From NCBI GenBank assembly GCA_964448945.1, contig CAYUYC010000002.1, forward strand, positions 1 through 36,442: DNA of 36,442 bases, given 5' to 3'. The position numbers and the translations under genes were made by a program. Position 1 is the stretch's first letter. Each line of letters begins with the position of its first letter. The notes under the pieces are model-generated. The model searched no databases and was not told the origin of the DNA. It worked only from the letters and a program-made list of their open reading frames with translations. Positions 24,925-35,536 of this stretch are shown here, piece by piece. Source of the DNA: an uncultured Burkholderiaceae bacterium (GTDB lineage Bacteria > Pseudomonadota > Gammaproteobacteria > Burkholderiales > Burkholderiaceae_E).

Positions 24925-25437
24925 ATGGCAACTGCAAAGAAAGCTGCGAAGAAGGCGCCGGCGAAGAAGGCCGCTGCCAAGAAACCTGTCGCCAAGAAGG
25001 CCGCCCCGGCGAAGAAGGCCGCTCCCGCCAAGAAGCCTGTCGCCAAGAAGGCCCCGGCGAAGAAGGCCGCTCCGGCCAAGAAGGTCGCTGCCAAGAAGCC
25101 CGCCGCCAAGAAGGCTGCCCCGGCGAAGAAGGCCGCTCCGGCCAAGAAGCCTGTCGCCAAGAAGGCCGCCGCCCCGAAGAAGAAGCGCGCTGCCAATCCC
25201 GCGCTGCTCAAGGAACTGACCCCGTCGGCAACGTTGGCCGCGATCATTGGCGCCGCCCCGATTCCGCGTCCGGGCGCCACCAAGAAGATCTGGGACTACA
25301 TCAAGAAGTTCGGCCTGCAAGACAAGGTCAACAAGCGCATGATCAACGCCGATGACAAGCTCAAGACCTTGTTCGGCGGCAAGGCGCAAGCGTCGATGTT
25401 CGACCTCGCCAAGTTCGTCTCCGCGCACCTGAAGTAA
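24925..25437 (+). CDS. Histone-H1-like Lys/Ala/Pro repeat protein fused to a C-terminal SWIB/MDM2 domain
   Basis: aa 1-87 are almost only A, K, P and V (AKKAAPAKKAAPAKKPVAKK...). aa ~95-170 read LKELTPSATLAAIIGAAPIPRPGATKKIWDYIKKFGLQDKVNKRMINADDKLKTLFGGKAQASMFDLAKFVSAHLK, the SWIB/MDM2 pattern. Confidence 0.8.
   Translation: MATAKKAAKKAPAKKAAAKKPVAKKAAPAKKAAPAKKPVAKKAPAKKAAPAKKVAAKKPAAKKAAPAKKAAPAKKPVAKKAAAPKKKRAANPALLKELTPSATLAAIIGAAPIPRPGATKKIWDYIKKFGLQDKVNKRMINADDKLKTLFGGKAQASMFDLAKFVSAHLK
24931..25185 (+). repeat. In-frame degenerate tandem repeat (GCC AAG AAG GCC GCx CCx units) encoding the AKK tail, including a 63-bp duplication
   Basis: Copies at 24991-25053 and 25105-25167 are 61/63 identical, are offset by 114 bp, and both differences are synonymous. 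Confidence 0.9.
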
Positions 25438-25465
25438 TCCAGGCGCGCTCGAACGAGCGATCAAG

Positions 25466-25495
25466 GGGCCGGCGCCATGCCGGCCCTTTTTCTTT
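25466..25495 (+). terminator. Rho-independent terminator after the H1-like/SWIB gene
   Basis: GGGCCGGC (25466-25473), a 5-nt loop, GCCGGCCC (25479-25486), then TTTTTCTTT. It lies between the convergent SWIB and marC genes. Confidence 0.8.
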
Positions 25496-25507
25496 GGTGC
25501 GGCGCCG

Positions 25508-26104
25508 TCAGAGCGTGGCGAGAAACACCCGCATGCCGGCGAGCACCATCTCGACGGCGACGGCCGTCAGCACCAACCCCATCAGCCGCTCGAAGGCGAC
25601 GATGAGCCGGGTGCCCAGCGCACGCTCGAGACGTTCAGCGGCGAGCAGCACGACGATCGACACCACCATCGCGACACCAAGCGCCCCGATCCATTCCGGC
25701 ATGCGATTGGGCGCCTGCGCCGACAACAGCATCACCGTAGCCAGCGCCGATGGTCCGGCCAATGCCGGCACCGCCAGCGGAACGATGAAGGGCTCGCCCT
25801 CGGAGGCATGGCTCGATGCCGCATCCGCGCGCGGGAAGATCATGCGCAAGGCGATCAGAAACAGGATGATCCCGCCGCCGATCTGCAAGGACAGATTGGA
25901 CAGGCGCAAGGCGCCCATCACGCTGTCGCCGAAGAACAGGAACAACAACAGCAACGCGAAGGCAAACGCGCACTCGCGCGCGATGACGAACGGCTTGCGC
26001 TCGATCGCGACGTCCTTGAGCGCCGCGATGAAGATGGGGATGTTGCCGAACGGATCGGTGACCAGCAAAAGCAGCAGTGTGGCGGAGACGAAGGTGTGAT
26101 CCAT
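25508..26104 (-). CDS. MarC-family (UPF0056/NAAT) integral membrane protein
   Basis: 198 aa: LLLLVTDPFGNIPIFIA, GGIILFLIALRMIF, six hydrophobic spans. Confidence 0.8.
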   Translation of the reverse strand: MDHTFVSATLLLLLVTDPFGNIPIFIAALKDVAIERKPFVIARECAFAFALLLLFLFFGDSVMGALRLSNLSLQIGGGIILFLIALRMIFPRADAASSHASEGEPFIVPLAVPALAGPSALATVMLLSAQAPNRMPEWIGALGVAMVVSIVVLLAAERLERALGTRLIVAFERLMGLVLTAVAVEMVLAGMRVFLATL

Positions 26105-26119
26105 GGTCCGCGCCGCCGG

Positions 26120-26815
26120 TCACATCGCGGTGCGCTTGCCGTCGCCCGACGCAGAACGCGATGGTGCGGCCCCAGGCTGCTGCCAACGCTTCCATGCCGA
26201 TTGCACGGCGCGCGGATATTCGGGCCGGCCGCGGCTGCCGTTGTAACGCCCGAGCGCGAGGTAGAGGTTGCCCTTCTCGATGTCGAGGTAATAGCGCAGG
26301 ATCGTGCAGCCGTAGCGCAGGTTGGAGCGCATGTCGAACAGCGTGCGCGGTTCGCCATTGCCGATCTGGCGCGTCCAGAACGGCATGACCTGCATGTAGC
26401 CGCGCGCGCCCACATGCGAGATCGCGTGCTTGCGAAACGCCGACTCGACTTCGATCAGCCCGAGCACGAGCGAAGGATCGAGTCCGGCCCGCTTGGCTTC
26501 GTACCAGACCGACCGCAGGAAATCCTGGCGCACCTGAAAGTCGGGCTGCCGACGCTGCAGCCGGTTGCCCATGTCGCCGAGCCAATTCAGATAGGCGAGG
26601 CGTTCGTCGAAATCGTTGAAGACCGGCTCGGGCGGTGCGGCGTCGGCGATCTGGCTCGCCAGCAAGGTCCGCACCGAATCGGCCAATTGCTCCTCGCGTT
26701 GTGCCCCGGCGTGCGCGACGGTCGCCCAGGCCAGCAGACACGCCGCCGCGCAGACACGGCGAGCGCGCCCGCCGATGTTGCGCAGGATGTGGCGACGCAG
26801 GGTCATGATGTCCAT
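26120..26815 (-). CDS. Lytic transglycosylase (SLT domain) with signal peptide
   Basis: Catalytic motif LIEVESAF, followed by GARGYMQVMP and YNGS. N-terminal signal CLLAWATVAHA. An alternative start at the second Met (26806) is possible. Confidence 0.8.
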   Translation of the reverse strand: MDIMTLRRHILRNIGGRARRVCAAACLLAWATVAHAGAQREEQLADSVRTLLASQIADAAPPEPVFNDFDERLAYLNWLGDMGNRLQRRQPDFQVRQDFLRSVWYEAKRAGLDPSLVLGLIEVESAFRKHAISHVGARGYMQVMPFWTRQIGNGEPRTLFDMRSNLRYGCTILRYYLDIEKGNLYLALGRYNGSRGRPEYPRAVQSAWKRWQQPGAAPSRSASGDGKRTAM

Positions 26816-26830
26816 GGCGATCGTTGGCGC

Positions 26831-28615
26831 TTACTGATCGCTCAGATCGGCGCGCACGCGCTCGATGGTCTTGCCGACCACTTCGGCCAGGGCGACCGAT
26901 TCTGCGGCGGCATCGCGGCGATGCTGGAACTCGACCTTGCCGTCTTTGAGCCCGCGGTCGCCGATCGTGATGCGATACGGCGCGCCCACGAGTTCCCAAT
27001 CGGCAAACATGGCGCCGGGGCGTTCGCCGCGATCATCGAGCAGCACATCGATGCCGGCGGCCGCCAGTTCGTCGTGCACCCGCTCGGCGGCCGCACGCAC
27101 CGCCTGGCTGCGATCGGCCCCGATGGGGCAAACGACGACTTCGAACGGCGCGATCGGCGTCGGCCAGATGATGCCCTTGGCGTCGTGGTTCTGTTCGATC
27201 GCGGCGCCGAGCAAACGCGTGACGCCGATGCCGTAACAGCCCATCTCGATGATTTGCGGCTTGCCGTTCTCGTCGAGGTAGGTGGCGTTGAGCGCCTTGG
27301 AATACTTGGTGCCGAGGTAGAACACATGGCCGACCTCGATGCCACGCTGGATCGCGAGCACGCCTTTGCCGTCGGGCGAAGGATCGCCCGCGACGACATT
27401 GCGCAGATCGGCCACCGCATACGCCTCGGCGCCGCCGGCCAGCGTCGGCAGCACATCGCGCTCCCAGTTCGCGCCGGTGTAGTGGAAATCGGCCTCGTTC
27501 GCGCCGCAGACGAAGTCGCTCATGTTGGCGACGGTGCGATCGGCCACCACATGCACCGGCTTCTTCATGCCGATCGGGCCCAGGTAGCCGGGCTTGCAGC
27601 CGAAGTGTTCGACGATCTCGCTTTCGGTCGCGAAACGAAAGCCGTTCCTGAGCCCCGCGACCTTGCCGGCCTTGACCTCGTTGAGCTCATGGTCGCCGCG
27701 CAGCAGCAGCAACCAGACTTGCGCCGGCCCGACGATGTCCCCGCGCTCGTCGGTGCGATCGACCGCGAGCACGATCGATTTGACGGTGCGCGTGAGCGGC
27801 AAGCCCAGCAGTTCGGCCACGTCTTCGCATTTGGCTTTGCCCGGCGTGGGTGTTTTGACCAGCGGCTCGGCCGGGGCGGCACGCTCGGCGATCAACGGCA
27901 GGCCTTCTGCCAGTTCGACATTGGCAGCGTAATCGCTGGTCGGGCAATAGGCGATCAGGTCCTCGCCGGTGTCGGCAATGACCTGGAATTCATGCGAGCG
28001 GTCGCCGCCGATCGCGCCGGTATCGGCCGCGACCGCACGGAAGGTGAGGCCCATGCGGGTGAAGATGCGGACATAGGCCGCATACATCGCGTCGTAGCTC
28101 TTTTGCGCGCCAGCCAGGTCACGGTCGAAGGAATAGGCGTCCTTCATCGTGAATTCGCGCCCGCGCATCACGCCGAAGCGCGGACGGCGCTCGTCGCGGA
28201 ACTTGGTCTGGATGTGATACCAGTTGACCGGCAATTGACGGTAGCTCTTGATCTCCTGGCGCGCGATGTCGGTGATGACTTCTTCCGAGGTCGGCTGGAT
28301 GATGAAATCGCGATCGTGGCGGTCCTTGATGCGCAGCAGCTCGGGGCCGTACTTCTCCCAACGGCCCGACTCCTGCCAAAGCTCGGCAGGTTGCACCACG
28401 GGCATCAGCAGTTCGATCGCGCCGGCGCGGTTCATTTCCTCGCGGATGATCTTCTCGATCTTGCGGATCGAGCGCAGCCCCATGGGCATGTAGTTGTAAA
28501 TGCCTGCGGCAAGCTTCTTGATCATGCCCGCACGCAGCATGAGTTTTTGCGACACCACTTCGGCATCGGCGGGCGCTTCTTTGAGCGTGGAAATGAAGAA
28601 CTGGGAGGCTTTCAT
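26831..28615 (-). CDS. proS: Proline--tRNA ligase ProS (bacterial type with INS editing domain)
   Basis: [32 protein letters not shown] start, class II motifs (FRDE.RPRFG.MR.REF.MKDAYSF; GCYGIGVTR), 594 aa. Confidence 0.95.
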   Translation of the reverse strand: MKASQFFISTLKEAPADAEVVSQKLMLRAGMIKKLAAGIYNYMPMGLRSIRKIEKIIREEMNRAGAIELLMPVVQPAELWQESGRWEKYGPELLRIKDRHDRDFIIQPTSEEVITDIARQEIKSYRQLPVNWYHIQTKFRDERRPRFGVMRGREFTMKDAYSFDRDLAGAQKSYDAMYAAYVRIFTRMGLTFRAVAADTGAIGGDRSHEFQVIADTGEDLIAYCPTSDYAANVELAEGLPLIAERAAPAEPLVKTPTPGKAKCEDVAELLGLPLTRTVKSIVLAVDRTDERGDIVGPAQVWLLLLRGDHELNEVKAGKVAGLRNGFRFATESEIVEHFGCKPGYLGPIGMKKPVHVVADRTVANMSDFVCGANEADFHYTGANWERDVLPTLAGGAEAYAVADLRNVVAGDPSPDGKGVLAIQRGIEVGHVFYLGTKYSKALNATYLDENGKPQIIEMGCYGIGVTRLLGAAIEQNHDAKGIIWPTPIAPFEVVVCPIGADRSQAVRAAAERVHDELAAAGIDVLLDDRGERPGAMFADWELVGAPYRITIGDRGLKDGKVEFQHRRDAAAESVALAEVVGKTIERVRADLSDQ

Positions 28616-28713
28616 CGGACTGGACGGAGAGCCGGTCGTGCCGGCGAGTTTGCATCACCCGAATCGGTGACGAGCTGCGGAAAAGCCCGCAAAGCGGCAT
28701 GGAACTTCGTGCT

Positions 28714-28719
28714 TATAAT
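28714..28719 (+). promoter_or_regulatory. Consensus -10 TATAAT upstream of rppH
   Basis: TATAAT lies 32 nt before the ATG at 28752, with AGGTGG as SD. No good -35 element seen. Confidence 0.4.
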
Positions 28720-28751
28720 CGATTCAATTCTAAACAAATGCAGGTGGTGTG

Positions 28752-29363
28752 ATGCTCGACCGTGAAGGCTTTCGCCCGAACGTCGGGATCATCCTGGTCA
28801 ACCAAAAGAGTCAGGTCTGGTGGGGCAAGCGCGTCAACGAGCATTCATGGCAGTTCCCTCAAGGCGGCATCAAGTACGGTGAATCGCCCGAGCAGGCGAT
28901 GTACCGCGAGCTGCACGAGGAAATCGGCTTGATGCCCGAACACGTCAAGATCCTGGGCAGAACCCGCGACTGGTTGCGCTACGAGGTTCCCGACCGCTAC
29001 ATCAAACGCGAAATCCGCGGGCATTACCGCGGCCAAAAACAGATCTGGTATCTGCTGCGCATGGCCGGCCGCGATACCGACATCTGCTTGCGTACAACCG
29101 ATCATCCCGAGTTCGACGCCTGGCGCTGGCAGGACTATTGGGTCCCGCTGGACGCAGTCATCGAGTTCAAGCGCGACGTCTATTCGCTGGCACTCAACGA
29201 ATTGGCGCGGTTTGTCTTTCGCGGCAAGCGCGTCGATGTGCCCGCCAGCCATGCGGTCAAGGCACGTTCGCGCGAGCCGCGCTATCTGCGCCAAGTGGTA
29301 CGCCCCATGGACGACGACGTACTCCCGGACATGGAGCCCCCGCTCGCCGCCGGCGAGCCCTGA
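28752..29363 (+). CDS. rppH: RNA pyrophosphohydrolase RppH (NUDIX)
   Basis: [17 protein letters not shown] start and Nudix box [26 protein letters not shown] at 28752; the track starts one codon earlier at a GTG. Confidence 0.9.
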   Translation: MLDREGFRPNVGIILVNQKSQVWWGKRVNEHSWQFPQGGIKYGESPEQAMYRELHEEIGLMPEHVKILGRTRDWLRYEVPDRYIKREIRGHYRGQKQIWYLLRMAGRDTDICLRTTDHPEFDAWRWQDYWVPLDAVIEFKRDVYSLALNELARFVFRGKRVDVPASHAVKARSREPRYLRQVVRPMDDDVLPDMEPPLAAGEP

Positions 29364-29368
29364 CCCGC

Positions 29369-30487
29369 CTACAAGACCACGAGGTTGTCGCGGTGAATCA
29401 GTTCGGGTTCTTCGAAGTACCCGAGCACCGCGTCGATCTCGCTGGACGGCTTGCGCGCGATCAGCCGTGCTTCCGCGCTCGAGTAGTTGACCAGCCCGCG
29501 CGCCACGGCACGACCGCTCGTGTCCATGCAGGCGATCACATCGCCGCGCGCGAATTCGCCCACGACATCGAGAACGCCGATCGGCAGCAGCGATTTGCCG
29601 TCCTTGACCAATGCGCGCACGGCGCCGTCATCCAAACGCACACTGCCCTTGAGTTGCAGATGATCGGCCAGCCATTGCTTGCGCGCCGAGAGCAGCGAGG
29701 TCTGCGCGGCGAGTTGCGTGCCGATCGCTTCACCCGCGCCCAACCGCACGAGCACATCGGCCTCACGGCCCGATGCGATGACGGTGTGCGCACCGGACAT
29801 CGCGGCGCGCTTGGCTGCCAGGATCTTGGTGATCATGCCGCCGCGGCCGATCGAACTGCCGGCACCGCCGGCCATGGCTTCGAGCACAGGATCGCCCGCA
29901 CGTGCCTCGTCGATGAAGCGCGCGGCAGGATCTTTGCGCGGATCGGCGCTGTACAACCCGCGCTGATCGGTCAGGATGATGAGCGCATCGCCTTCGATCA
30001 GATTGGTCACGAGCGCGCCCAGGGTGTCGTTGTCGCCGAACTTGATTTCATCGGTCACGACGGTGTCGTTCTCGTTGATGATGGGCACGACGCCATAGCG
30101 CAGCAGCGTGAGCAAGGTCCCGCGCGCGTTCAGATAGCGGGTGCGATCGGCGAGGTCGGCATGGGTGAGCAATACCTGGGCGGTGCCCACACCATGCGCG
30201 CGGAATTCCGACTCGTAGGCCTGCGCCAATCCCATCTGGCCAACGGCGGCGGCGGCCTGCAATTCGTTGATGTCGCCCGGGCGTTTGTCCCAACCCAGAC
30301 GTTGCATCCCCTCGGCGATCGCGCCGGAACTCACCAGCACGACATCCTTGCCCGCAGCCCGCAAACGCGCGATCTGCTGCGCCCAACGCGAAATCGCGGT
30401 CAGGTCGAGGCCACGACCATCATTGGTCACCAGACTGGAGCCGACCTTGACCACCACACGCCGTGCATCCTGAATGACTGACTTCAT
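29369..30487 (-). CDS. proB: Glutamate 5-kinase ProB (with PUA domain)
   Basis: [36 protein letters not shown], and a C-terminal PUA segment. 372 aa. Confidence 0.93.
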   Translation of the reverse strand: MKSVIQDARRVVVKVGSSLVTNDGRGLDLTAISRWAQQIARLRAAGKDVVLVSSGAIAEGMQRLGWDKRPGDINELQAAAAVGQMGLAQAYESEFRAHGVGTAQVLLTHADLADRTRYLNARGTLLTLLRYGVVPIINENDTVVTDEIKFGDNDTLGALVTNLIEGDALIILTDQRGLYSADPRKDPAARFIDEARAGDPVLEAMAGGAGSSIGRGGMITKILAAKRAAMSGAHTVIASGREADVLVRLGAGEAIGTQLAAQTSLLSARKQWLADHLQLKGSVRLDDGAVRALVKDGKSLLPIGVLDVVGEFARGDVIACMDTSGRAVARGLVNYSSAEARLIARKPSSEIDAVLGYFEEPELIHRDNLVVL

Positions 30488-30519
30488 ATGCGTTGACCAG
30501 GTGAAGGAATGGTTGGGAT

Positions 30520-31632
<1,113 letters not shown>

Positions 31633-31640
31633 CTATCGGA

Positions 31641-31673
31641 CAAACGAAAAAGGCCACGACAATGCGTGGCCTT
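31641..31673 (-). terminator. Rho-independent terminator between rpmA and obg
   Basis: The minus strand reads AAGGCCACG-CATTGT-CGTGGCCTT followed by TTTCGTTTG. It starts 22 nt downstream of the rpmA stop. Confidence 0.75.
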
Positions 31674-31694
31674 CCGCGATGCGAAGGCGGTTGT

Positions 31695-31952
31695 TTAGGC
31701 CGGGACGACCCAAACCATGTGCTTCTTGAGCGCGCCCTTGATGCCGAACTGAACGGTGCCGTCCTTCAATGCGAACAGGGTGTAATCCTTGCCCACACCG
31801 ACGTTCTCACCAGCATGGAATTGCGTTCCGCGCTGACGCACGATGATGCTGCCGGCGTTGATCGCTTCGCCACCATAGACCTTGACGCCAAGGCGCTTCG
31901 CTTCGGAGTCGCGACCATTGCGCGAGGAACCGCCTGCCTTTTTGTGTGCCAT
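31695..31952 (-). CDS. rpmA: 50S ribosomal protein L27
   Basis: [24 protein letters not shown]..., 85 aa. Confidence 0.97.
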   Translation of the reverse strand: MAHKKAGGSSRNGRDSEAKRLGVKVYGGEAINAGSIIVRQRGTQFHAGENVGVGKDYTLFALKDGTVQFGIKGALKKHMVWVVPA

Positions 31953-31976
31953 GTCTTGCTCCTTCGATTCCGCGCG

Positions 31977-32288
31977 TTACGCGTTGATCGCGTCGACACG
32001 GATCTCGGTGAAATTCTGCCGGTGACCCTGACGCTTCTGATAATGCTTGCGGCGACGCATCTTGAAAATGCGCACCTTGTCGTGTCGGCCATGGCCAACG
32101 ACCGTTACCTTGACAGTTGCCCCAGTCACGAGCGGCGTGCCGAACTTGATCTGTTCGCCTTCGCCGATGGCCAATACTTGGTCGATCGTGACTTCGGAGC
32201 CAACTTCCGCAGGTATCTGTTCTACCTTGATCTTCTCGCCGGCGACGACTTTGTACTGCTTGCCGCCAGTTTTTATGACCGCGTACAT
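31977..32288 (-). CDS. rplU: 50S ribosomal protein L21
   Basis: [14 protein letters not shown] from the ATG at 32288, with GAGAGG upstream. The track ORF starts 5 codons earlier. Confidence 0.95.
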   Translation of the reverse strand: MYAVIKTGGKQYKVVAGEKIKVEQIPAEVGSEVTIDQVLAIGEGEQIKFGTPLVTGATVKVTVVGHGRHDKVRIFKMRRRKHYQKRQGHRQNFTEIRVDAINA

Positions 32289-32347
32289 GTTGACCTCTCG
32301 CACAAATTGATGATCCCCGCCGACTAAACGTGAAACGGGAACTGGCT

Positions 32348-32376
32348 ATAATATCGACCCACGCGCCACATGTCAA
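32348..32376 (-). promoter_or_regulatory. sigma70 promoter for rplU-rpmA
   Basis: The minus strand has TTGACA (32376-32371), a 17-nt spacer, then TATTAT (32353-32348), about 55 nt upstream of the rplU ATG. Confidence 0.65.
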
Positions 32377-32424
32377 AAACCCCTTGTAAAACAGCATGTT
32401 GCGAACTCCCCGCCGAGGAATCTC

Positions 32425-33393
32425 TTGACGCTCACCGAACTGCTCGCCCCCGTGTCCGACGACATGCGCGCGGTCGATCATGTCATTCGCGCGCGCTTGC
32501 GCTCGGAAGTTCCGCTGATCAACTCGATCGCCGAATACATCATTGCTGCGGGCGGAAAACGGCTACGCCCGGCGCTATTGCTGCTGATGTCCGGCGCACT
32601 TGGCAACACCGGCGCCTACCGACACGAGATGGCAGCAGTGGTGGAGTTCATCCATACCGCAACCCTGCTGCACGATGACGTGGTCGATGAATCCGGTCTG
32701 CGCCGCGGCCGCAAGACCGCCAACGCGGTGTTTGGAAATGCGGCGTCCGTGCTTGTCGGTGACTTCTTGTATTCCCGCTCGTTCCAGATGATGGTCGAGC
32801 CCGGCTTGATGCGGATCATGTCCGTGCTGTCGGATGCGACCAACACGATTGCGGAAGGTGAGGTTCTGCAACTCATCAATTGCCATGACCCGGACGTGTC
32901 CGAACAACGCTATCTCGAGGTCATCCGGTTCAAGACCGCCAGACTCTTCGAGGCATCGGCGCAACTTGCCGCCATCCTCGCTCGAGCCGACGCCGCAACG
33001 GAGGCAGCGTGCGCAGCCTATGGCCGACACATCGGCACGGCATTTCAATTGGTCGACGATGTACTCGACTACTCCGGAAGCGTGGAAGAAACCGGCAAGA
33101 ACGTCGGCGACGACCTACGCGAAGGCAAACCGACCATGCCGCTCATCTATCTGCGCGACCACGGCGGACCTACCGACCGCGATCTCGTACGCGCAGCCAT
33201 CAGCAGCGATGACGAGCCGGAAATCGCCCCCATCCTCAAGGCGCTGCACGCAAGCGGCGCACTTGAGTACACCCGCGAATGCGCGCGCCGCGAAGGCGAA
33301 CTCGCCGCCGCCGCCATTCATGACTTCGAAGATTCGCCCTTCAAACAAACTCTGCTAGACTTATGCGCTTTCTCGGCGACCCGTACTCAGTGA
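32425..33393 (+). CDS. ispB: Octaprenyl diphosphate synthase IspB
   Basis: GGKRLRPALLLL, the first DDxxD LLHDDVVDES, the second DD motif FQLVDDVLDY, and GKNVGDDLREGKPT. TTG start at 32425 with GAGGAA upstream. Confidence 0.88.
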   Translation: MTLTELLAPVSDDMRAVDHVIRARLRSEVPLINSIAEYIIAAGGKRLRPALLLLMSGALGNTGAYRHEMAAVVEFIHTATLLHDDVVDESGLRRGRKTANAVFGNAASVLVGDFLYSRSFQMMVEPGLMRIMSVLSDATNTIAEGEVLQLINCHDPDVSEQRYLEVIRFKTARLFEASAQLAAILARADAATEAACAAYGRHIGTAFQLVDDVLDYSGSVEETGKNVGDDLREGKPTMPLIYLRDHGGPTDRDLVRAAISSDDEPEIAPILKALHASGALEYTRECARREGELAAAAIHDFEDSPFKQTLLDLCAFSATRTQ

Positions 33394-33407
33394 GTCGCCT
33401 TGGACAT

Positions 33408-33484
33408 CGGGGTGTAGCTTAGCCTGGTAGAGCGCTACGTTCGGGACGTAGAGGCCGGAGGTTCGAATCCTCTCACCCCGACCA
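33408..33484 (+). tRNA. tRNA-Pro (anticodon CGG)
   Basis: Cloverleaf folded by hand: acceptor CGGGGTG/CACCCCG, D stem GCTT/GAGC, anticodon stem CTACG/CGTAG with loop TTCGGGA, T arm GGAGG-TTCGAAT-CCTCT, discriminator A and encoded CCA. Confidence 0.93.
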
Positions 33485-33667
33485 GTATCTTCCCGCTGGT
33501 CGGTCATTGTCTGCATGGATGACTCCTCGCAGATTCCTTCAGATCGATCCACCAATTCCACAGAGCACGAGCATCGGCACAAGCGCAAAAATCGCCTGCC
33601 CGACTCGAAGTGCGGCACATCGGCTGACACCGTTGTCTTATCCGCAACCAAAGCTCGTCGCGACGCG

Positions 33668-33703
33668 TCCGTGACAAGGGCATTTTCCTTTACAAGTCAC
33701 GGA
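33668..33703. promoter_or_regulatory. Inverted repeat upstream of pilB (candidate operator or RNA hairpin)
   Basis: TCCGTGAC (33668-33675), a 20-nt T-rich spacer, then GTCACGGA (33696-33703). It ends 72 nt upstream of the pilB ATG. Confidence 0.25.
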
Positions 33704-33775
33704 CCTAGAGGCAGTATCCCTCGCAAAACCTGAACTTCGAGAGGGCATGTCGCACCTCTCATTTCGCGCCTCGGC

Positions 33776-35509
33776 ATGGTCGCTATTTCGCCGTCATCTA
33801 CTCCGTCTGTCCCCGCATTGCCTGGCCTGGCGCGCGCGCTCGTTCAGGGTGGGCGGCTGAGCCAAGAACAAGCGAACACGATCACCAAGAAGGCGCACGG
33901 CGCGGGCACACTGTTCATCGATGAACTGATCGGCGCCAAGGCCATCGATCACGCCGACTTGGCGTTGTTCTGCGCGCAGACATTCGGGCACCCGCTACTT
34001 GATCTCGCGGCGGTCGACATCACGCAGATCCCCGTTGAGACCATTGATCCGAAGCTGGTCATGAGCTTGCGCGTGATGGCGCTGCGCAAGCGTGGCAACC
34101 GTCTTGCGGTTGCCATGTCGGACCCGACCAATCTGCAAGCCATCGATCAGATCAAGTTCCAGACCCAGATGCTGGTGGACCCGGTCGTCGTGGAACACGA
34201 GAAGCTGCTGCGCTTGGTCGAGCAGATCTCGAAGTCGACCGAGGCGAAGCTCAGTGAGCTGGCTGGCGACGATCTGAACATCGAGCTCGACGAGCCGCAG
34301 ATCGAAGATCCGTCGCAGGTTGGCGGCGATACGGATGTCGACGATGCGCCGGTCGTGCGCTTCCTGCAAAAAGTCATGCTCGATGCGATCAACATGGGCG
34401 CGTCGGACTTGCATTTCGAGCCCTATGAGAAGTTCTACCGGATCCGATTCCGCGTGGACGGTGAATTGCGCGAAATGTCGCAACCGCCGCTCGTCATCAA
34501 AGAAAAGCTGGCCGCACGGATCAAGGTCATCTCCAAACTGGACATCTCGGAAAAACGCGTGCCGCAAGATGGCCGGATGAAGCTGGTGCTCGGGCCGAAC
34601 AAAGCAATCGACTTCCGGGTTTCCACGCTGCCCACGCTTTACGGCGAAAAGATCGTGATGCGCATTCTCGATCCTTCGCAAGCAAAGCTTGGCATCGACG
34701 CGCTGGGTTACGACCCTGATCAGCGTCAGATGATGGTCGACGCAGTGCAACGCCCCTATGGCATGGTGTTGGTAACGGGCCCGACAGGCTCAGGCAAGAC
34801 GGTGTCGTTGTACACCTGCCTCAACATGCTGAACCAACCGGGCGTGAACATTTCGACGGTGGAAGACCCCGCCGAAATCCAGATGGCGGGCATCAATCAG
34901 GTCAATGTGAACGAGAAGGCGGGCCTGACCTTTGCCTCGGCCTTGCGCGCCTTCTTGCGCCAGGATCCGGACATCATCATGGTCGGCGAAATTCGCGACC
35001 TGGAGACCGCCGACATCGCCATCAAGGCGGCGCAGACCGGTCACATGGTGCTATCGACGCTGCACACGAACGATGCGCCCACGACGCTGACACGTCTGGC
35101 CAACATGGGCGTCCCAGGTTTTAACATCGCCTCGTCGGTCATTCTCATCACGGCGCAGCGGCTGGCGCGACGTCTGTGCGTTCATTGCAAGGCACCGGTC
35201 GACCTCGACAAGGCGGTGCTGTTGCAGGCCGGCTTCAAGGCTGAGGACATCGACGGCACATGGTCGCCGTATAAGCCCGTCGGTTGCGAGCACTGCAACA
35301 ACGCGGGCTACAAAGGGCGCGTCGGCATCTATCAAGTCATGCCGGTCTCCGAAGAGATTCAGCGCATCATCCTGAGCAATGGCAACGCCATGGATATCGC
35401 AGCACAAGCCGCACGCGAAGGCGTGCGCGATCTGCGTCAATCCGGACTCATCAAAGTGAAGCAAGGCGTCACCTCGATCGAAGAGGTGCTGGGCGTGACG
35501 AACGAGTAG
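33776..35509 (+). CDS. pilB: Type IV-A pilus assembly ATPase PilB
   Basis: 577 aa with an N-terminal T2SSE_N-like region, Walker A GPTGSGKTVS, VEDPAE, Walker B IMVGEIRDLET, STLHTN, and a tetracysteine motif CVHC...CEHC. Confidence 0.92.
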   Translation: MVAISPSSTPSVPALPGLARALVQGGRLSQEQANTITKKAHGAGTLFIDELIGAKAIDHADLALFCAQTFGHPLLDLAAVDITQIPVETIDPKLVMSLRVMALRKRGNRLAVAMSDPTNLQAIDQIKFQTQMLVDPVVVEHEKLLRLVEQISKSTEAKLSELAGDDLNIELDEPQIEDPSQVGGDTDVDDAPVVRFLQKVMLDAINMGASDLHFEPYEKFYRIRFRVDGELREMSQPPLVIKEKLAARIKVISKLDISEKRVPQDGRMKLVLGPNKAIDFRVSTLPTLYGEKIVMRILDPSQAKLGIDALGYDPDQRQMMVDAVQRPYGMVLVTGPTGSGKTVSLYTCLNMLNQPGVNISTVEDPAEIQMAGINQVNVNEKAGLTFASALRAFLRQDPDIIMVGEIRDLETADIAIKAAQTGHMVLSTLHTNDAPTTLTRLANMGVPGFNIASSVILITAQRLARRLCVHCKAPVDLDKAVLLQAGFKAEDIDGTWSPYKPVGCEHCNNAGYKGRVGIYQVMPVSEEIQRIILSNGNAMDIAAQAAREGVRDLRQSGLIKVKQGVTSIEEVLGVTNE

Positions 35510-35536
35510 CGCGCAGCACAGCCCGCGGAGATACGT

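Noticed and set aside
24931-25185. Periodic short repeats that could look like a CRISPR or VNTR array, plus two long minus-strand ORFs (24817-25464 and 24909-25283).
   Set aside because: The units are 9-15 nt, contiguous, and in frame with an SD-preceded ORF that continues into a SWIB domain. There are no unique spacers. The antisense ORFs (G/L/R repeats) are by-products of the repeat.
25808-28765. 985-aa ORF on the + strand, the longest antisense ORF in the track.
   Set aside because: It runs antisense to three well-supported genes (marC, SLT, proS). Its translation is dominated by R/A/G/D/H with no recognisable motifs, typical of stop-poor shadow frames in GC-rich DNA.
33515-33733. 72-aa ORF in the tRNA-Pro/pilB gap; also 33361-33651 (-), which overlaps the tRNA.
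   Set aside because: There is no SD, and the composition is odd (S/R/H/T-rich) with no pilin leader (G|FTLIE) or other motif. One of the two overlaps the tRNA gene. I treat the gap as non-coding.
33408-33775. Possible genomic island or integrative element at tRNA-Pro.
   Set aside because: No integrase, excisionase or phage/ICE genes follow. By eye I did not find a downstream direct repeat of the tRNA 3' end within the window. Only the compositional shift of pilBC remains, and that is reported as a finding.
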